Shown in pieces: positions 50,658-64,000 of a stretch of 64,000 nucleotides of DNA. Numbering within the stretch: position 1 is the first letter of the stretch; every line of letters starts with the position of its first letter. Under the pieces are notes generated by a model. The model was not told the origin of the DNA and did no database searches. It was given only the letters and a program-made list of their open reading frames with translations. The DNA comes from Balanoglossus misakiensis (Eukaryota; Animalia; Hemichordata): the NCBI GenBank assembly GCA_040954595.2, contig CM082591.2, positions 1,463,745 through 1,527,744 of the forward strand, in the 5' to 3' direction. The position numbers and the translations under genes were made by a program.

Positions 50658-53235
50658 TTAATCATCGAAGTCATAATCCTTGAGGTTCCGTAGCAAACAG
50701 ATGGAGAATACAATCCCTAAGAGCTGCAGAAATGAAAAAAAATTATAAAACATATTTATAAATATGCAAGAATATTACAAGTTCTGAAAAGAAGGCTTAC
50801 GTACCCCATCGCCATATGTATTGGCCAATATTACCATTGAATATAAGAATCAATTAAACAGTTTCAAATGCATAAAATGTTTTTAGGAGATTACGATGCA
50901 GTAAATGAAATAGGAGAATGCGAAAACTAATCCTCACGCAACAGTTACCTCTTATGATATTGCGAAAATTACCTGTCGCGAAAATACCTATTTTACAGTA
51001 TATTGTCTTTACCTGTAACACAGCAACTCCCATACCGATTCCACCAATGATCCATATATTATCGTTGAACGCTTTGTAGATTTTGGGGTAGCAGCCCTGA
51101 AATTAACACAAAAATTAAGTTACATCATTTTGAGGTCGCCAATCCGGCTCAGAATCCTTCCTCAAAAAGGCTCAGTATGTTCACAGAGATCAATCTGTGA
51201 AGTCTAACATCACTTCTTGTGTTATTCAGCTCAACCCAAAACCAACACTTCCTTACCTCACTGTTCATGTAGATGTTGGGATAATTTCCATTGAAGCAGA
51301 CAGTGGAATTAGCCGGTTCCGGAATCTTTCCGAGCTTGATGGGTTCACTTTTCGATTTGATCACACAGCAAGATTCGGGAAATACCCGTGAGCTGTTCTT
51401 GTGCGCCTCATACCACTTGGTGTTTTTCCAATCAGTGTAATATTCCGTTCCACAACAATCAAACTATTGGTAACGAATCAAAGTGCTTCTCATTAGTCAC
51501 ATGATAAATACTTGTCAGTGATTGGTTATTATTATCATTGACATATACTCATGTATACATTGCCTCAGTACGGGTAGCTTGTGGAATATTTTACTTATGC
51601 CAGTTTGGCAGAGTACAGACTAAAAGGTTCTGATACTTACGGTGATTTGAATGGCATCGATTGCTTGTGTTGTCAAGTCAGAATCTGCCTGTTGATAATC
51701 TTCAGTCATGGTTTCATTCAGTTTCTGTTTCAAGAAACTCTCCACCTGACACCAAAGAACCACAGAATTTATTAAATTAACTCTTACATCCACCACGGTT
51801 TGGTCAAAATCCATTGTTTGAAAATAAAAGTTGATGCTTTTGGCCTTTAAAATTGCACTAAAATTATGTGGCTTGCATGTGATGATACCACCTACCTCAT
51901 TTTTGAAGACAAACAGAAGGATGGTGCAGACAATCTCCGCTAAGAGAATGATGAATACCATCAAGAAATACTGCAAAATACAAATACAAAATCATGAAGA
52001 AATACTGCAAAATACAAATACAAAACCATCAAGAAATACTGCAAAATACAAATACAAAATCATCAAGTGTCAAATAACCCATTTTACAGAATACAACTTA
52101 CCGTCCACAACATACACTTATTCTCGCACCATGCACCAGCACAGCCGAAGAATCCCAGCAACGTGACAAAGCCACCAACTCCAATCATGACGTAACCGGC
52201 TGTTTGGAATATTGGGCTGTCCATGATCTGAAGAAATGGCACACTCATTCGGTCCACAGTCACCCAAACACCAAGAATCAGCACGACTAAACCTGTCAAC
52301 TAAAAAGCGAGCAAGAAATATAATATTAAGTTCAAGGAATCCACAAACTTATTGCCACAAGTTAACAGATTTATCTTCAGTTACATTGAGCAGAATTTCA
52401 GTGTACAATTATACTATTAACAACTCAAGAAAAATGAAACTAGGTCAAGGTCAGCTAAAAGCTAATGATAACATTGAAGCAGCTGATCCATAATGGAACA
52501 ATAATGGAACTCTGTTGTCTACGTGCAACGCAAAGTGAATCATCGCTCCGCGAATCTGCTCTGAATTTCAACATGGCCGACACGTTTCGGTCATTGACCT
52601 ACACAACTAAGAAACTGAAGCCTTGACATGGGGATGTGTGTGTCAAGGCATTATGAGACTATCTGAGAAGCAATTCGGGTATAAAAATTTGGGTATGTGA
52701 ACAGTTGCTCACACAGGGATTCAAAATGCATCTAAAAACTCTCAAAATACTGCTACATATTTGTGGCAAATCATCATTAACTTGTAAACATGCATGAGTT
52801 AACATGCCGAGTTAACATTTGAAAATGTATTTACGATCTTCCAGTTATTTTGGCTGATATATTCCAATATGTCAGAAAGCATGGGCCAGTTGAACGACAA
52901 ACGTCAGACCTCCATTAATATTTATATCTGTTGCTTTTTCTTTGGTATGTAGCTCTCTTTGACTCACATTTACATCGACACTGCAGAGCATTTTGGAGAC
53001 AAATTTTAACTTCTCATTTCAGACCTCCCAACAAGATAGAATCAGGAATCTTGTCAACATGTTGTGTAATAATAAGGGGCGTTGGCTGCACATTTTGAGA
53101 TATCCTATTCCACTTTTCAGTGATATCTCTGTGAATGTATTTACCAGAAAAAAAACATCCAAAACTTACCCAGAAGATGAAATTGAAGAAGAAAAGGAGT
53201 ATTTTCGAACACGTGCCGCAGGCAGTGGTTGCCAT
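50658..53235 (-). CDS. Tetraspanin (266 aa, 7 coding exons)
   Basis: Exons 53235-53170 (MATTACGTCSKILLFFFNFIFW), 52299-52102, 51970-51896, 51745-51641, 51463-51257, 51096-51013, 50723-50658. GFFGCAGA, DCCG, PESCC, EGC motifs; four TMs; ends KDYDFDD-TAA. A probable UTR exon ends at a donor near 54536. Confidence 0.93.
51959..52067. repeat. 34-bp tandem repeat, 3.2 copies, spanning the intron 2/exon 3 boundary of the minus-strand tetraspanin
   Basis: Unit cat(c/g)aagaaatactgcaaaatacaaatacaaaa(t/c) at 51959, 51993 and 52027. Confidence 0.92.
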
Positions 53236-56200
53236 GACTACTGTTGCTGTTAGTTCAATGTATCGAGATTGGTGATGAAGACAATCTTCAGTGTCTCACT
53301 GGTCACTCTTCAATATCTGTGAAAATAGGATGGTAATATTCAGTAATCTGACTAATTCTAACAGTTCACCATCAGATTTGCTTATAAGAAATACAACATA
53401 CACTCACTGAATTCCTGGGAATACAATCAAAAGGTCTTTATTCTGCTCTTTCCTTGTAATATTTTGCAATTAACCTGGAAATCTTGCCCCGGGAATTCAT
53501 GGAGTGAGCAGATGGATCCATGTTGGACATCAGCAGGATGTACCGGCATAAACACAGGCCATGTTGTTCTGATTACAAAGATCACATCAATACCAGGAAA
53601 ACTACAATTTCTTTTCCACATAAACTTCCACTGTTGCGGAATAAGTTTCAACGCAACAAACTGATAGTCTGATGTGATGATGCAAATTACGAAGTCCCTT
53701 TACTTGTTCAAACTGACAAACAAAATCGACTTATAGATATGTTTGGCAATTTGCTATTGATCTGTTTGGTGACGTATTCCAAGTTGTGTTTGGCTTACAA
53801 TGTCACTCTCTCTATATTTCACTACCGGTATATTAGTATGGACATGACCAAAACTAGTCCCCAAATTATAATTAAGCCCTGGCAGGGTTTGGATATAATG
53901 TATAAGAATGTGATAATACAATCAGGACATTTTTCTTAATAGCTGTACAAAGTGCGTAATGTTCACAATGTTGAAGAGTGAAATCATCTGAACTAACAAG
54001 AAATGCAATGCTGTAACTGAAGACAACTTGTACAAAGACAGGCCAGTTCAACTTTCAACTCAAATTACTTGGGGGCAAAACCATTTGTAAATGGCTCTTG
54101 ATATTCTCAGTCAATAGCTTTTAATAAAGAAAATAACTTTAGTCTTTGCAACAACTAAACTCTCTTGTTCTGCTTGCTAATTAAAACATATTATAAGACA
54201 TATGTTAATTGTTATTATGTCATTTGGAATGCTTCACATAACTTCTTTTAAACAAAAGAAATGGGGAATACATATTACGGTAACCATGTCAACAGTACCG
54301 ACGTTACAACTGAGAGATCTGATAACACATCTTTTCAATGAATGCTGCTATGCATTGAAATCGTCTGCATGTTGAATTTCTCTACATTGATTCACCGATC
54401 AATAGCCGAACACACTCGACAAATATGAACAGGAAATATCAAAAAAGAGTATTGCCTGTATCTAAATTCACATTCAACAACATCCACAAATTGCCAAATT
54501 TCCCAAAATGCACACAACACTAAATCACATACTTACTTTGTGATGGACGCTCATAGCTGTGTTTATCCACAACTCGCAATTTGACCTGAACACAGCGACA
54601 TCAACCTTGACTTGATTGCAAACCCGAGAAACTGATATACATATAATTACAATATTCAAATCTCTTACAAGGAAACACTCTCTCCCACACAGTGTGACAC
54701 ATGTTTATATCAGATTTTCCTTCCTGTGTGACGTTCATAAATCCAATAGCTGACATTTGTATATTTAAATGAAACACGAGCTGTAAAGTTTGATTTTTTT
54801 CCACAATATTCACTCTTTGCATACTACAGTTTCTTATAAAATCCTAAAGCCCATTTGCCCACGAGTGGTTAACTTGTTAACACAATATTCTATTCATTGT
54901 GAATCTTGCAAATGCGATATATTCACTGTATATTGAAGTGTCACTATTAGAAAACGTCGCTCTTGAAATATCATGCTGTCTTAAGTTTTTTGACGGAGAC
55001 ATAACATTAAAGAAGCTGGTTATACATTTTATTGAGCATCTGTTGTTTATTTCAAATGAATAAAGCAATAGTGAAATTAACTTAAACGGTTTTAATAATT
55101 ATGTAACAACTACATAATCCTGGATGGGAACCCTGGACAGTATGAATGACAGATGAAGCATAATGTGACTGTTGCTTGAGGAATAAACTCTAACCCTGAC
55201 CATCAACTGACTATTTGCAGGAGATAGTTCCAACAACATATTCCATCCCCTATGACCCATAAACCAATAATGCCACACAGCAAAGGTCATGCGACCAATG
55301 AAGCTGCGACTTGTCAAAGAGCAGTCTCTAGTTGAAAGTTTATTCACACTGATCGCCACTGCCCACATACTTTCACACACAAGCCGAACAATGCCTGTGA
55401 CATAGCAGGCATTTTTCAAACTCCGGACGCCCTATCATTCTATTTGTGTCTTTTGTTAGTACCATCACTGCTTTGATGAATTGTTTCTCTTTATGGTATC
55501 AGTTAACCATCTAAACATCATTATGTGCAATGAAGCTTTCAATAGAGTCACCCTTGAGTTGATGATGTCTTCACTTTCCCATCACTGTTTCCCACTAAAC
55601 ACACTTTAACATTTTTATTCTATTTACTTCGCCTCAAACACTAGTCCTGAATCTCTCTCCATATTATTCGATCTCCCTCAATTTATTTACAACAAAGGTT
55701 TTATTAGCAATCTTCTTTCAATAAAAATTCTCTGATATTATAATTGCAAAAACTCAACAAGGGTGTGGTGAGCCATGTTAAAATTTTAATCAACAACTAC
55801 CATTACAAAGAACATTGGTGAAGCATTCACAATTTCACTGTTAAAACTTTATACGTCAACTACATGAAATTATGTACTAATAGAAAATAAAACTTATATC
55901 CTCTAATGAGCTGATACGATATATCATCTGCCAAGTGGTCTTCAGTTTTGAAAACGTGTCTTTTCCACTTCAGCAATAAACCTACAAGGGTCTGTGACAA
56001 GAGTACCTCTTGTAAAATGTCACTTCATCCAAACCATCAAATATGTGAAGTCATGCATGTATTTCATTCTCACACCTTGGGGCCATGTACGTGTGATGAG
56101 ATAGGCATTGTAAGTGAATTTATAATGCAAACATATCAATAATGTTTGGCTCACATTTTTGGCATAGAATATTCACAGCTTGGAATTTCTGAAATTCTGG

Positions 56201-56329
56201 CAGAATTTTTGTGCCTATTGTATGGTAGACTAATAGTATAAGGTACCCACATTTGATAGTGACCAACATTCTGCAAATATTTATGTTTTTGTATAGTCAT
56301 ACACTTTCAAAGTCAGCCATGAATTCCTA

Positions 56330-56379
56330 TTTACCCTTTCAACCCAGTTCCCTCTTTACCATGGAGGTGAAAGGGTTAT
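56330..56379. mobile_element. Possible relic of a miniature inverted-repeat element with TTAACCCTT-like (piggyBac-style) ends
   Basis: ttaccctttca...tgaaagggtta inverted termini; a similar lone left end ttaacccgttcacccc near 8770. Confidence 0.3.
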
Positions 56380-59300
56380 GGCAACCATTTCCAAATTAAA
56401 TATGACAATCATATGATTCATTCCAAAGTTTACTGGGTAGACTAAGTGATTGTATACTAAGGTAAATTTGAATTAACAAAACATACAATTCCTACTTCAT
56501 ATTTCCTGAATATAACACAACCATTTTATCAATGATGATACACAGCCATTCTCTCCCCCAAATGATACACACACTGTCACAGATTTTCACAAGAGATACA
56601 AGCAAATTTGTAAACAAACACCAGCAAAGTCAAAAGGTTGAAATCCCACCCTGAAAGATAACCTTCAGTGTGTATAAAATATTACATGATGGCCTCCATG
56701 CATTGATTTACACAACTCCTTGCTATTCCTGACACAGAACCAACAAACATTCAGAAATAAATTCTGATTAATTTTCCACCCATGATAAATTTTAAGGCCG
56801 CGTAATTTATTTCACATCGCAGCACAGTTCAGAGTCCTTTGTTCTGAATGTCCGCTGGGAAATTATTAAGAAGTGATGTATTGTTGGCAAGAGCCTGGTT
56901 AATTTTAGAGCTGTCAGATCGATTCATATCGTGTTTACAAATGCTTTGTAATGGTTATTACTGGGTTCTGTTAATTAATGATGAAATGTATGGAATAGTA
57001 TACTACGCATTTGTGGTTATGATAGGTTAATGTTTTCCTAAATTGTCCTCTTTCATCTGATATAAAATTTGTTCCTATCACCCCAGTCTTTGGTATTTCA
57101 CAAGTACCAGGTTACACTAAAACAGGTTTTTGCATGAGACCACTGAGTCAATATCACTGCCAGGTCAGGCTAGGTTGAACCAATACTTCATATACACAAC
57201 CAACTATTGAGAGACACATCACAAATATTCAATATGCCAGAGTAAAATAGCTCAGGAAATTAAATTAACCTGACATGATTGAAGTTAAATGACATGTATC
57301 TCAAACTTGGACAACGTCCAAGTTTATCTCTAAAAGTGCAAGATACAGTACAAAGCTATTTTGAACATGCATCTAGTCTCTTCTAAAAATAGTCTTTTGA
57401 TTTAAAACAACATTGATTGATTAAGCAATTTTACAAAAGGTTTTCGTCATCAAAATTGTACTATTCAAACAGCACTATGTAGACTTATGAAAAACTAAAT
57501 ATCAGTAAATGAATGTGACTTGTTATTTAACCACATATTTTAAGGAATCAAGTTGGTCCCCTAATCACAATATAAGCGGCTTTCAAATTTTGAATACAGA
57601 GAACCACCCTCTGGACAATTCATCAAATCCAAGTTATCGTCAAATACCTGGTACTACATATTCCCATTCCTTTGACGTTCCCGCATCTGTTCAAAGATGC
57701 CGACATTTCTTACAGCGAAATACTCATGTTACATTGATACATGTATGATCATGTAGCAGTAAGCTGTTAATGATGTCAAATTGTACTGGGAAAAGTGCTG
57801 ATGGCATTTAATATGTTGTCAGTATTTAGTATTGAACACACAACAATCAACAGTTTCATATTAATAAGTTTCTTGTTGGTATTCAGTATGATACCATGCC
57901 AGTATTTGAATATTTTAATAGTAGCTACTATTATTATTTTACATGGAAATTACAACCACTTTCTATGCCAACTAATATTAGATGTAAAACAGCAATACTT
58001 TCATGGGCACACTTCTTTCATCTAAGCCATCGAACATGACTCTCACATGTGCATTACTGGACATGCAGCCCATCAAAAAATTGCAGCTGCTGATTTTTTT
58101 TATTTCATGGTCTGTTGTTCCTATAGCAACATCATTTTCAGGTCATGCTATTCATCTAAACCGTCAAACGTGAGTCACACATAGGAACATTCATACATGC
58201 ATATGCACCAGTACGATGCATGTGTGGCTTGGGAGATTTACAACAAATTGGAACCTTCAGCTTTATTTATCACTGGTTTTTCTCCATCCTTTGTTGTTCT
58301 TTTTACCTTTATGATTCAACTTCCACTGTCTTACTCATCAAAACCAGTCAATGCTATATTTGGTGTACATCTTACACAGTCATCACCTTTACACTATAAC
58401 CATCACCTGGCAAATAAACCTACCATGGTCAAAGTTAACTTAGTGATGTCACATGCTGCTAGACATTAATAACTTCTATCTTTAATGCCAGGATTTGTTA
58501 GAATGCCAATTTTGGACATATCCTATGGCTGTGAATGTTATATCGTCACAATAAAATTTATCACCTGGAACAGAAAAAATAATATGATGACTCACAACAT
58601 TAAAAATACTGTAGATGACATGGGCAGGGAGTAAAATTAGAAATTAGGTCAAAAGTCATACATAGGTCATCATCGAAATCTTGTATAATATAATGAAATA
58701 AATATTTGCATCAACTAATTTAGAAACACTGAGGGAGCAATATTTACCAACTCAATAGTAAAATTTAACACTAGGCATTAACAAAATACTGATTTTTTTC
58801 AAGTGAGGACTAAACTCAACTGGTTTGTATTAATGATGGTGCATATCAGTAACTTAAGTATAAAGAATCATATTTTAGTGCATTTTTAAATTAATTTTTT
58901 ATGTATTTTAACTTTTTCACCAAATCACTTCCTGTTTGCTGAAATCCTCAGACAATAACGTCTATTGCCCTCAAATGGAGAAACCTTTGGAATTAACAGT
59001 ATGCAATAATATACTGAGACAAGGATTAGACACGACTCCAAACTTTAAGGTCATATTATTTTATTACAGCCAGATTTGGCTCTCGTTTGCAAAGAGCAAT
59101 TATTTATTGAAATGATTGAATTTCATTCTCATTACCGATTGATTCCAGCCTAACTCATTATTTGTGATAGAACAGTTGTTGTATCAGATGGAAAAGAATT
59201 ATTTCACATTTTCTGTTTCACTGATAAAGTGATTTATTTCTGACCAAAAAGGTAATACATCAAGTAATACTTTTATCAGTGATATTTGGCAGACTTTATG

Positions 59301-62300
59301 AATATTCTATAATTGATATCCAATTAGGTACTTGCGCACTGAACAAAGTAAAAAATAGTTTGCGCGAGACCTTTGGTATTCACGTTATCAATGCAGACTA
59401 CAAGTCAAAGATGCAATGGAACTAGGACACGCAGAGCTATGCGACGATAGCATCTCTGGAGGGTTTGCTTCTACAGATGTCATGTCAGTTAACTTCTGCT
59501 CGCTGAGAAACATGTCTGCAAACCCAAGTAACCTCTGCTAGTTTATTAGTATCCGAAAAAAACTGACAGAAGACCTTTACATATATCTCTACTTTATCGA
59601 CGTTAAAATAAATGTAATCCTCAGTCCAATATATATCCAGGTATTGTCATCTATGAGTCAATCTCTCTACACTGTAAATGTTTATTCTTCAAAATCTGAT
59701 AATCTGAAATTTATATCAAGTAATAAATAGCGAGGGTGTAACCAGTGTTTATTGCATATATGCCTTGATGTACGTGATGGGATTCTCAGCTGCAGGAGTC
59801 TGAAGCAGATTGAATATAATATAAAACTCGCTTAGTTTATGTTTTTCTCCTCCACGTCTCTTGATGACAATCAAACAATGTCGCATACAGTATTCAATTT
59901 GTTGACAATTCTCATCTACGGTAGGCAACACATCACCTTTACTGACTTAACAGGAACACACACACGACCCCTGGGTCACACTGGGGCAAAGATCAGAAAG
60001 TACATGACAACTAACAGGCAATAATAATTTAGTACAGCTTGACTTGTTGAATACAAAATTAATTTCCAGTTTTCTATTTTTTTCACTGTAAATCTCAATT
60101 TTGTTTGAATTTAAATTTAGTTTATCCTAATGCAAGAAACTTGCTTAAAGTTTGACATAATTTGTATACCTTTTTCTGTCATTTTCCTTATAACAGAAAA
60201 AGGTCAAATTATGTTATATCTCTATTAGCAGTTTTGTTTTCTATGTATGTATGGATATGTGATATGATCATTGCATTTATATAATTTCTGACGTGAAACA
60301 CTATACTCCATAATGATTTTGTCAGATGTTCCCTAGACTCGCACATGAATATATTCAAACCACCATGACGAAGGCATAATCTGCGACACCTTCAGTAAAT
60401 GCACCATGGACGTGGGAGTCAAATTAAACTGTTCTGTCTGTTGTTCTATAATTTGACGCAAATATGATCATCTGCTAACACCTGCTACTGCGGCTTCTGA
60501 ACAGCATAATTATCTTCTTTTCACAAAAAATCATCTTGATTAACCAGTCGATGTCGCCGTGGACACCTGATTGGTCGGATGCCCTCCGCTGGGAATGGAA
60601 TCAAACAGTTTATGATCCGTGGAAAAAATGATACTTGATGTCAGCATTCCCAGGTCCATCCGCAGTGTGTGACTTGATATCCGGGGGAAAATAAAACGTC
60701 GATTAGGGTTCATTCCCAGGGTAGTGTGATGATTCCACGTCTGTGGAAAGCTCTTAAATGCCTTTGGAGTGACATGCAATGTTTCAGGTGGCAATCCAGG
60801 GGTCACTACACATGCCACTACTTGCTTGTTTTATCCGCATGACATATGGGAATCCTTTTCCAATTACATGAACCAAACAGTGTTGAAAATTCACCCCGAA
60901 GACCCTATCCTTTCCGGACAATTTTCTGCTATTTTAAGTAATTTTTTTTCAGGATATGTTTTATTTCTGCATTTTTGTAATTTCCTGGAAAGTTTAAATT
61001 CCATGTGTAATAGAAAAAATAAATCGACAGAACCTAATGTAATTTCAACTGTTTGACTATTTTATGATCAGACTTTATGCTGTAATTTCTTTACATTTTC
61101 CTCATGAAAAAATTAAATGAGCAGTTTATAAAAGCTGTAAAAATACTGGCAATAAAGGAATTAGTTCACACTATTACCTCATCAAACTTTGAGCCATTCA
61201 TTGAAACCACAGAAGTAGTCTTAACTACATTTTACATCATCTACCCCTAAATTCCTACACTTGTAAAGAATATGCTTTTGCCATCATGGCCGCCATTTCA
61301 TTTTCAATGTTACTTACATCAAAGTTGCTTACAGTTTTTCCAGCACAATTAAGCCACAAATGATCCGACCCCAGCTAACAGAGGGGCAAATTAATCGTAC
61401 GATAGACACACAGCATCTCATAAAACAAATGATCTGAATCATTAAAATGATTTATGTATATCCTGTAAACGTCCCGGACAGAAAATTACAACAATTTATT
61501 AAAGATAATTAACATTTAGTAGTCATCTTATGACCTTGTGTATTTTCCTTATCGTTTTGTTTTGATTAAAACCAGATAAATTGTCTTTTTACTTTAATTC
61601 ATTCATATATTCAGTCGTATGCAACGTCGAAGCACTATTGCATTTATCGATCATGGTATAATTCAGTTTTCATATAATTTTACTATTAACAAACCCAAAC
61701 CAAAAGAATAACCAACATGTTCAATGTTTTAACAAAATTCATCATTTATTCTTTTCACCCTTTTATTACATCATTCACTGTTAGTTATCACATCTTTTCA
61801 AAAAACATTCCCTTTTGAATGTATATGCCAGTATTCATTGATTCATTCTACCTTTTCACTATTTTGCTTTTCATTCATTTATTTCTCATAAATATTTTAA
61901 TCTTTTCCAGCAGCCACTGGCTGAATTGTTTCAATCACTTTGCATCCTTTTATACCCAGATACATTTTATAAAACATGAATATTCGCTATATTTCTTGTG
62001 ATAATACAGTCTCACCAGAATTTCCTCTGACTGCACATTCACACTCATTCACTTGAATGTGACGTAGATTACAGTGTCACCATGGCAATGGTTCCTAGGC
62101 AACACAACTCCTGTCCCAGTGATATAGTTCACAAGGCCACTTACAATCACAGACATAAAAAGGTCTTCCTTTTCATTTTTTTTATCGGCAACAAGAGATA
62201 AAATCATAAAGCAATATGCCAAACATCACATTATTTAAATCAATGGTATATCATAATTTTAATGCAACGAAAGTTATCAATTTGACTGTCTAAAACAGTC

Positions 62301-64000
62301 AATTGACACAGAATCTAAATATTGAATATGTGTAAATATGTTCTGTAAAATACAATAAACTGGAAAAACTATGTTGAGATAACTGTGTTTGCAAAGTTAT
62401 ATTTTAAATGACGAACATATGGTGTTAAACATCTGCTCTTTTTCTCAAATCCTTATTTTCTAATCTCATCCTGATAAAAGACGCAGTATATACTGTGATT
62501 TATTTCAGGAACATTTTAAAAATATCAACTTTATCATCAGCTGTTGCAAAATCTTTTTTTGATGCTATCATGTCATAATGTCAGTGAAAAACACAGAGTA
62601 ATTGCAATATAAAAAGTGTCTTTCAAACTGCAAAGCATAACATACAAGTATCACTGAAATGTCAAATATTCTTTTGACAGGAGCTTTGTTGAAATCAATA
62701 TTACTTCACTCTCCAGTTAGAATTTCAAGTTGTGGTCGAGGAAATTGCTTTTCAAACATATTTCACTCCTACATATTCAATTTGACGCAATTGTCCTTTA
62801 AATCAGTATTTTAACATAAACCATGAAAATGGAACTGTATCTGTTAAATTCAAAACACTAAATTATGTTGGGAAATAAGACTTAACAATCAATTCTCATT
62901 TTTAAAAATACACACATTTTTTTCACTGCGGCAGCTGCATCAATATCACCCAGTAACTACCGGTACAGACTATTTTTCTCATTGTCAATATGATGGCAAT
63001 GAAACTGAATTTCTTTGTGCAAGTTTGTGTATTAGTTTATTCACACGTATTGTCTATTCAGTCCAAAGAAATATCACAGTAATAGGGCACAATTTCCCCT
63101 ATTTAAATTCCATTTTGCATTTCAGTGGCCTAATTTTAGAAATTGGATTTTTCAAATTTGTCATAATCATTTGCAATGAATATTTCCTAACTGTATTATG
63201 GCTGCCTATTGTCCCTCAGTTTGAAGTCTCATACACAAGACCATGTTCATTTTTTGCCAGATTCGTCAAAAACATTAATTAAGAAATTATACATCATGAT
63301 TTTGAAGTTCATGTATCGCATATACATAGTGAAAAGTGTTGCACTGAATATTAGAGAAATTACAAATCGCAAAGGAAGAATTTGAGTTGCAACACATACT
63401 GAATTATTACAACTAAAGAATAATTCATATTACAAACATGTAGACTGCAAAGTTTACAGATTTTGCAATAATTTTACGAGGAACTACCCTGGCACTGGCC
63501 AGAGGCTACACTTACAAGAGGTCACCGCATACATTCACTATCAGTGCCGAGTCTGGCCAGAAGGCATGATACGTCCAATGTTGAAATACTAGTCCCTGTT
63601 TATGGAGTCTGATACAGCTTTTTACTAACACCATAACAGACATACCACCACTTTCTATTTGCAGTAAATTGCTTTGTTTATACACCACACATTACAAGAT
63701 GTTGCATGGTCTGCAGTTTATATTGAAATCAATTCCTTAAAATGATAGTGATACCATCCCTGGCAGGTTTTGGAGCACACAGTACTATTAGTACTACATG
63801 TACTATCAACTGCACGAGTAAAGTGATTGCATGCAAACCAAGGCCTGGCTATTACACACAGCCAATACTGGTTGTTTGACCTCAAGATTTTTTTACACCG
63901 CACTCAAATGCACTGTTTTTTCTCTTGGTTTATAAGCTCTAAATCACAGGGTTATTCACCTGGTTCCAAAACGTCGAATTTTCTCAGCTCTGAAGAACTA

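Noticed and set aside
51746-51895. 150-nt tetraspanin intron open in frame
   Set aside because: Conserved tetraspanin intron position and no protein-like signal; probably chance.
60560-60740. GC-richer segment after a minus-strand acceptor (ORF 60540-60818)
   Set aside because: Could be a distal 5' UTR exon of the minus-strand tetraspanin, but there is no strong donor or homology to support it.
1-64000. tRNA, rRNA, CRISPR arrays, transposase or reverse-transcriptase ORFs
   Set aside because: None recognised by eye; the 34-bp repeat has no spacers and the DNA is eukaryotic.

Overview
Intron-rich animal genomic DNA. The AT-rich short introns and gene content suggest a marine invertebrate, possibly a deuterostome such as a hemichordate, but the taxon is a guess. 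I hand-assembled five intact spliced genes: (1) a 28-exon xanthine dehydrogenase/aldehyde oxidase-family molybdo-flavoenzyme (+, 1288-10039) with a hybrid XDH/AOX active site and a U12-type intron 2; (2) a 4-exon deiodinase-like selenoprotein (-, 12705-11136) with in-frame UGA, a canonical SECIS in its 3' UTR and, unusually, no N-terminal membrane anchor; (3) a 26-exon CACHD1/alpha2delta-like VWA + double-dCache membrane protein (+, 14123-22011) with intact MIDAS, two intact amino-acid-binding motifs and a YMNM/PSAP-bearing acidic tail; (4,5) two convergent tetraspanins (+ 35387-43929; - 53235-50658), the second with a triplicated splice acceptor. The non-coding DNA is enriched in paired AGGTCA nuclear-receptor direct repeats and may hold a spliced minus-strand lncRNA or micropeptide transcript at about 22.9-25.2 kb. 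The strongest lead is the soluble Sec-deiodinase-like gene lying tail-to-tail with an AOX-like oxidase. All alignments were done by eye from remembered family motifs; no searches were run.
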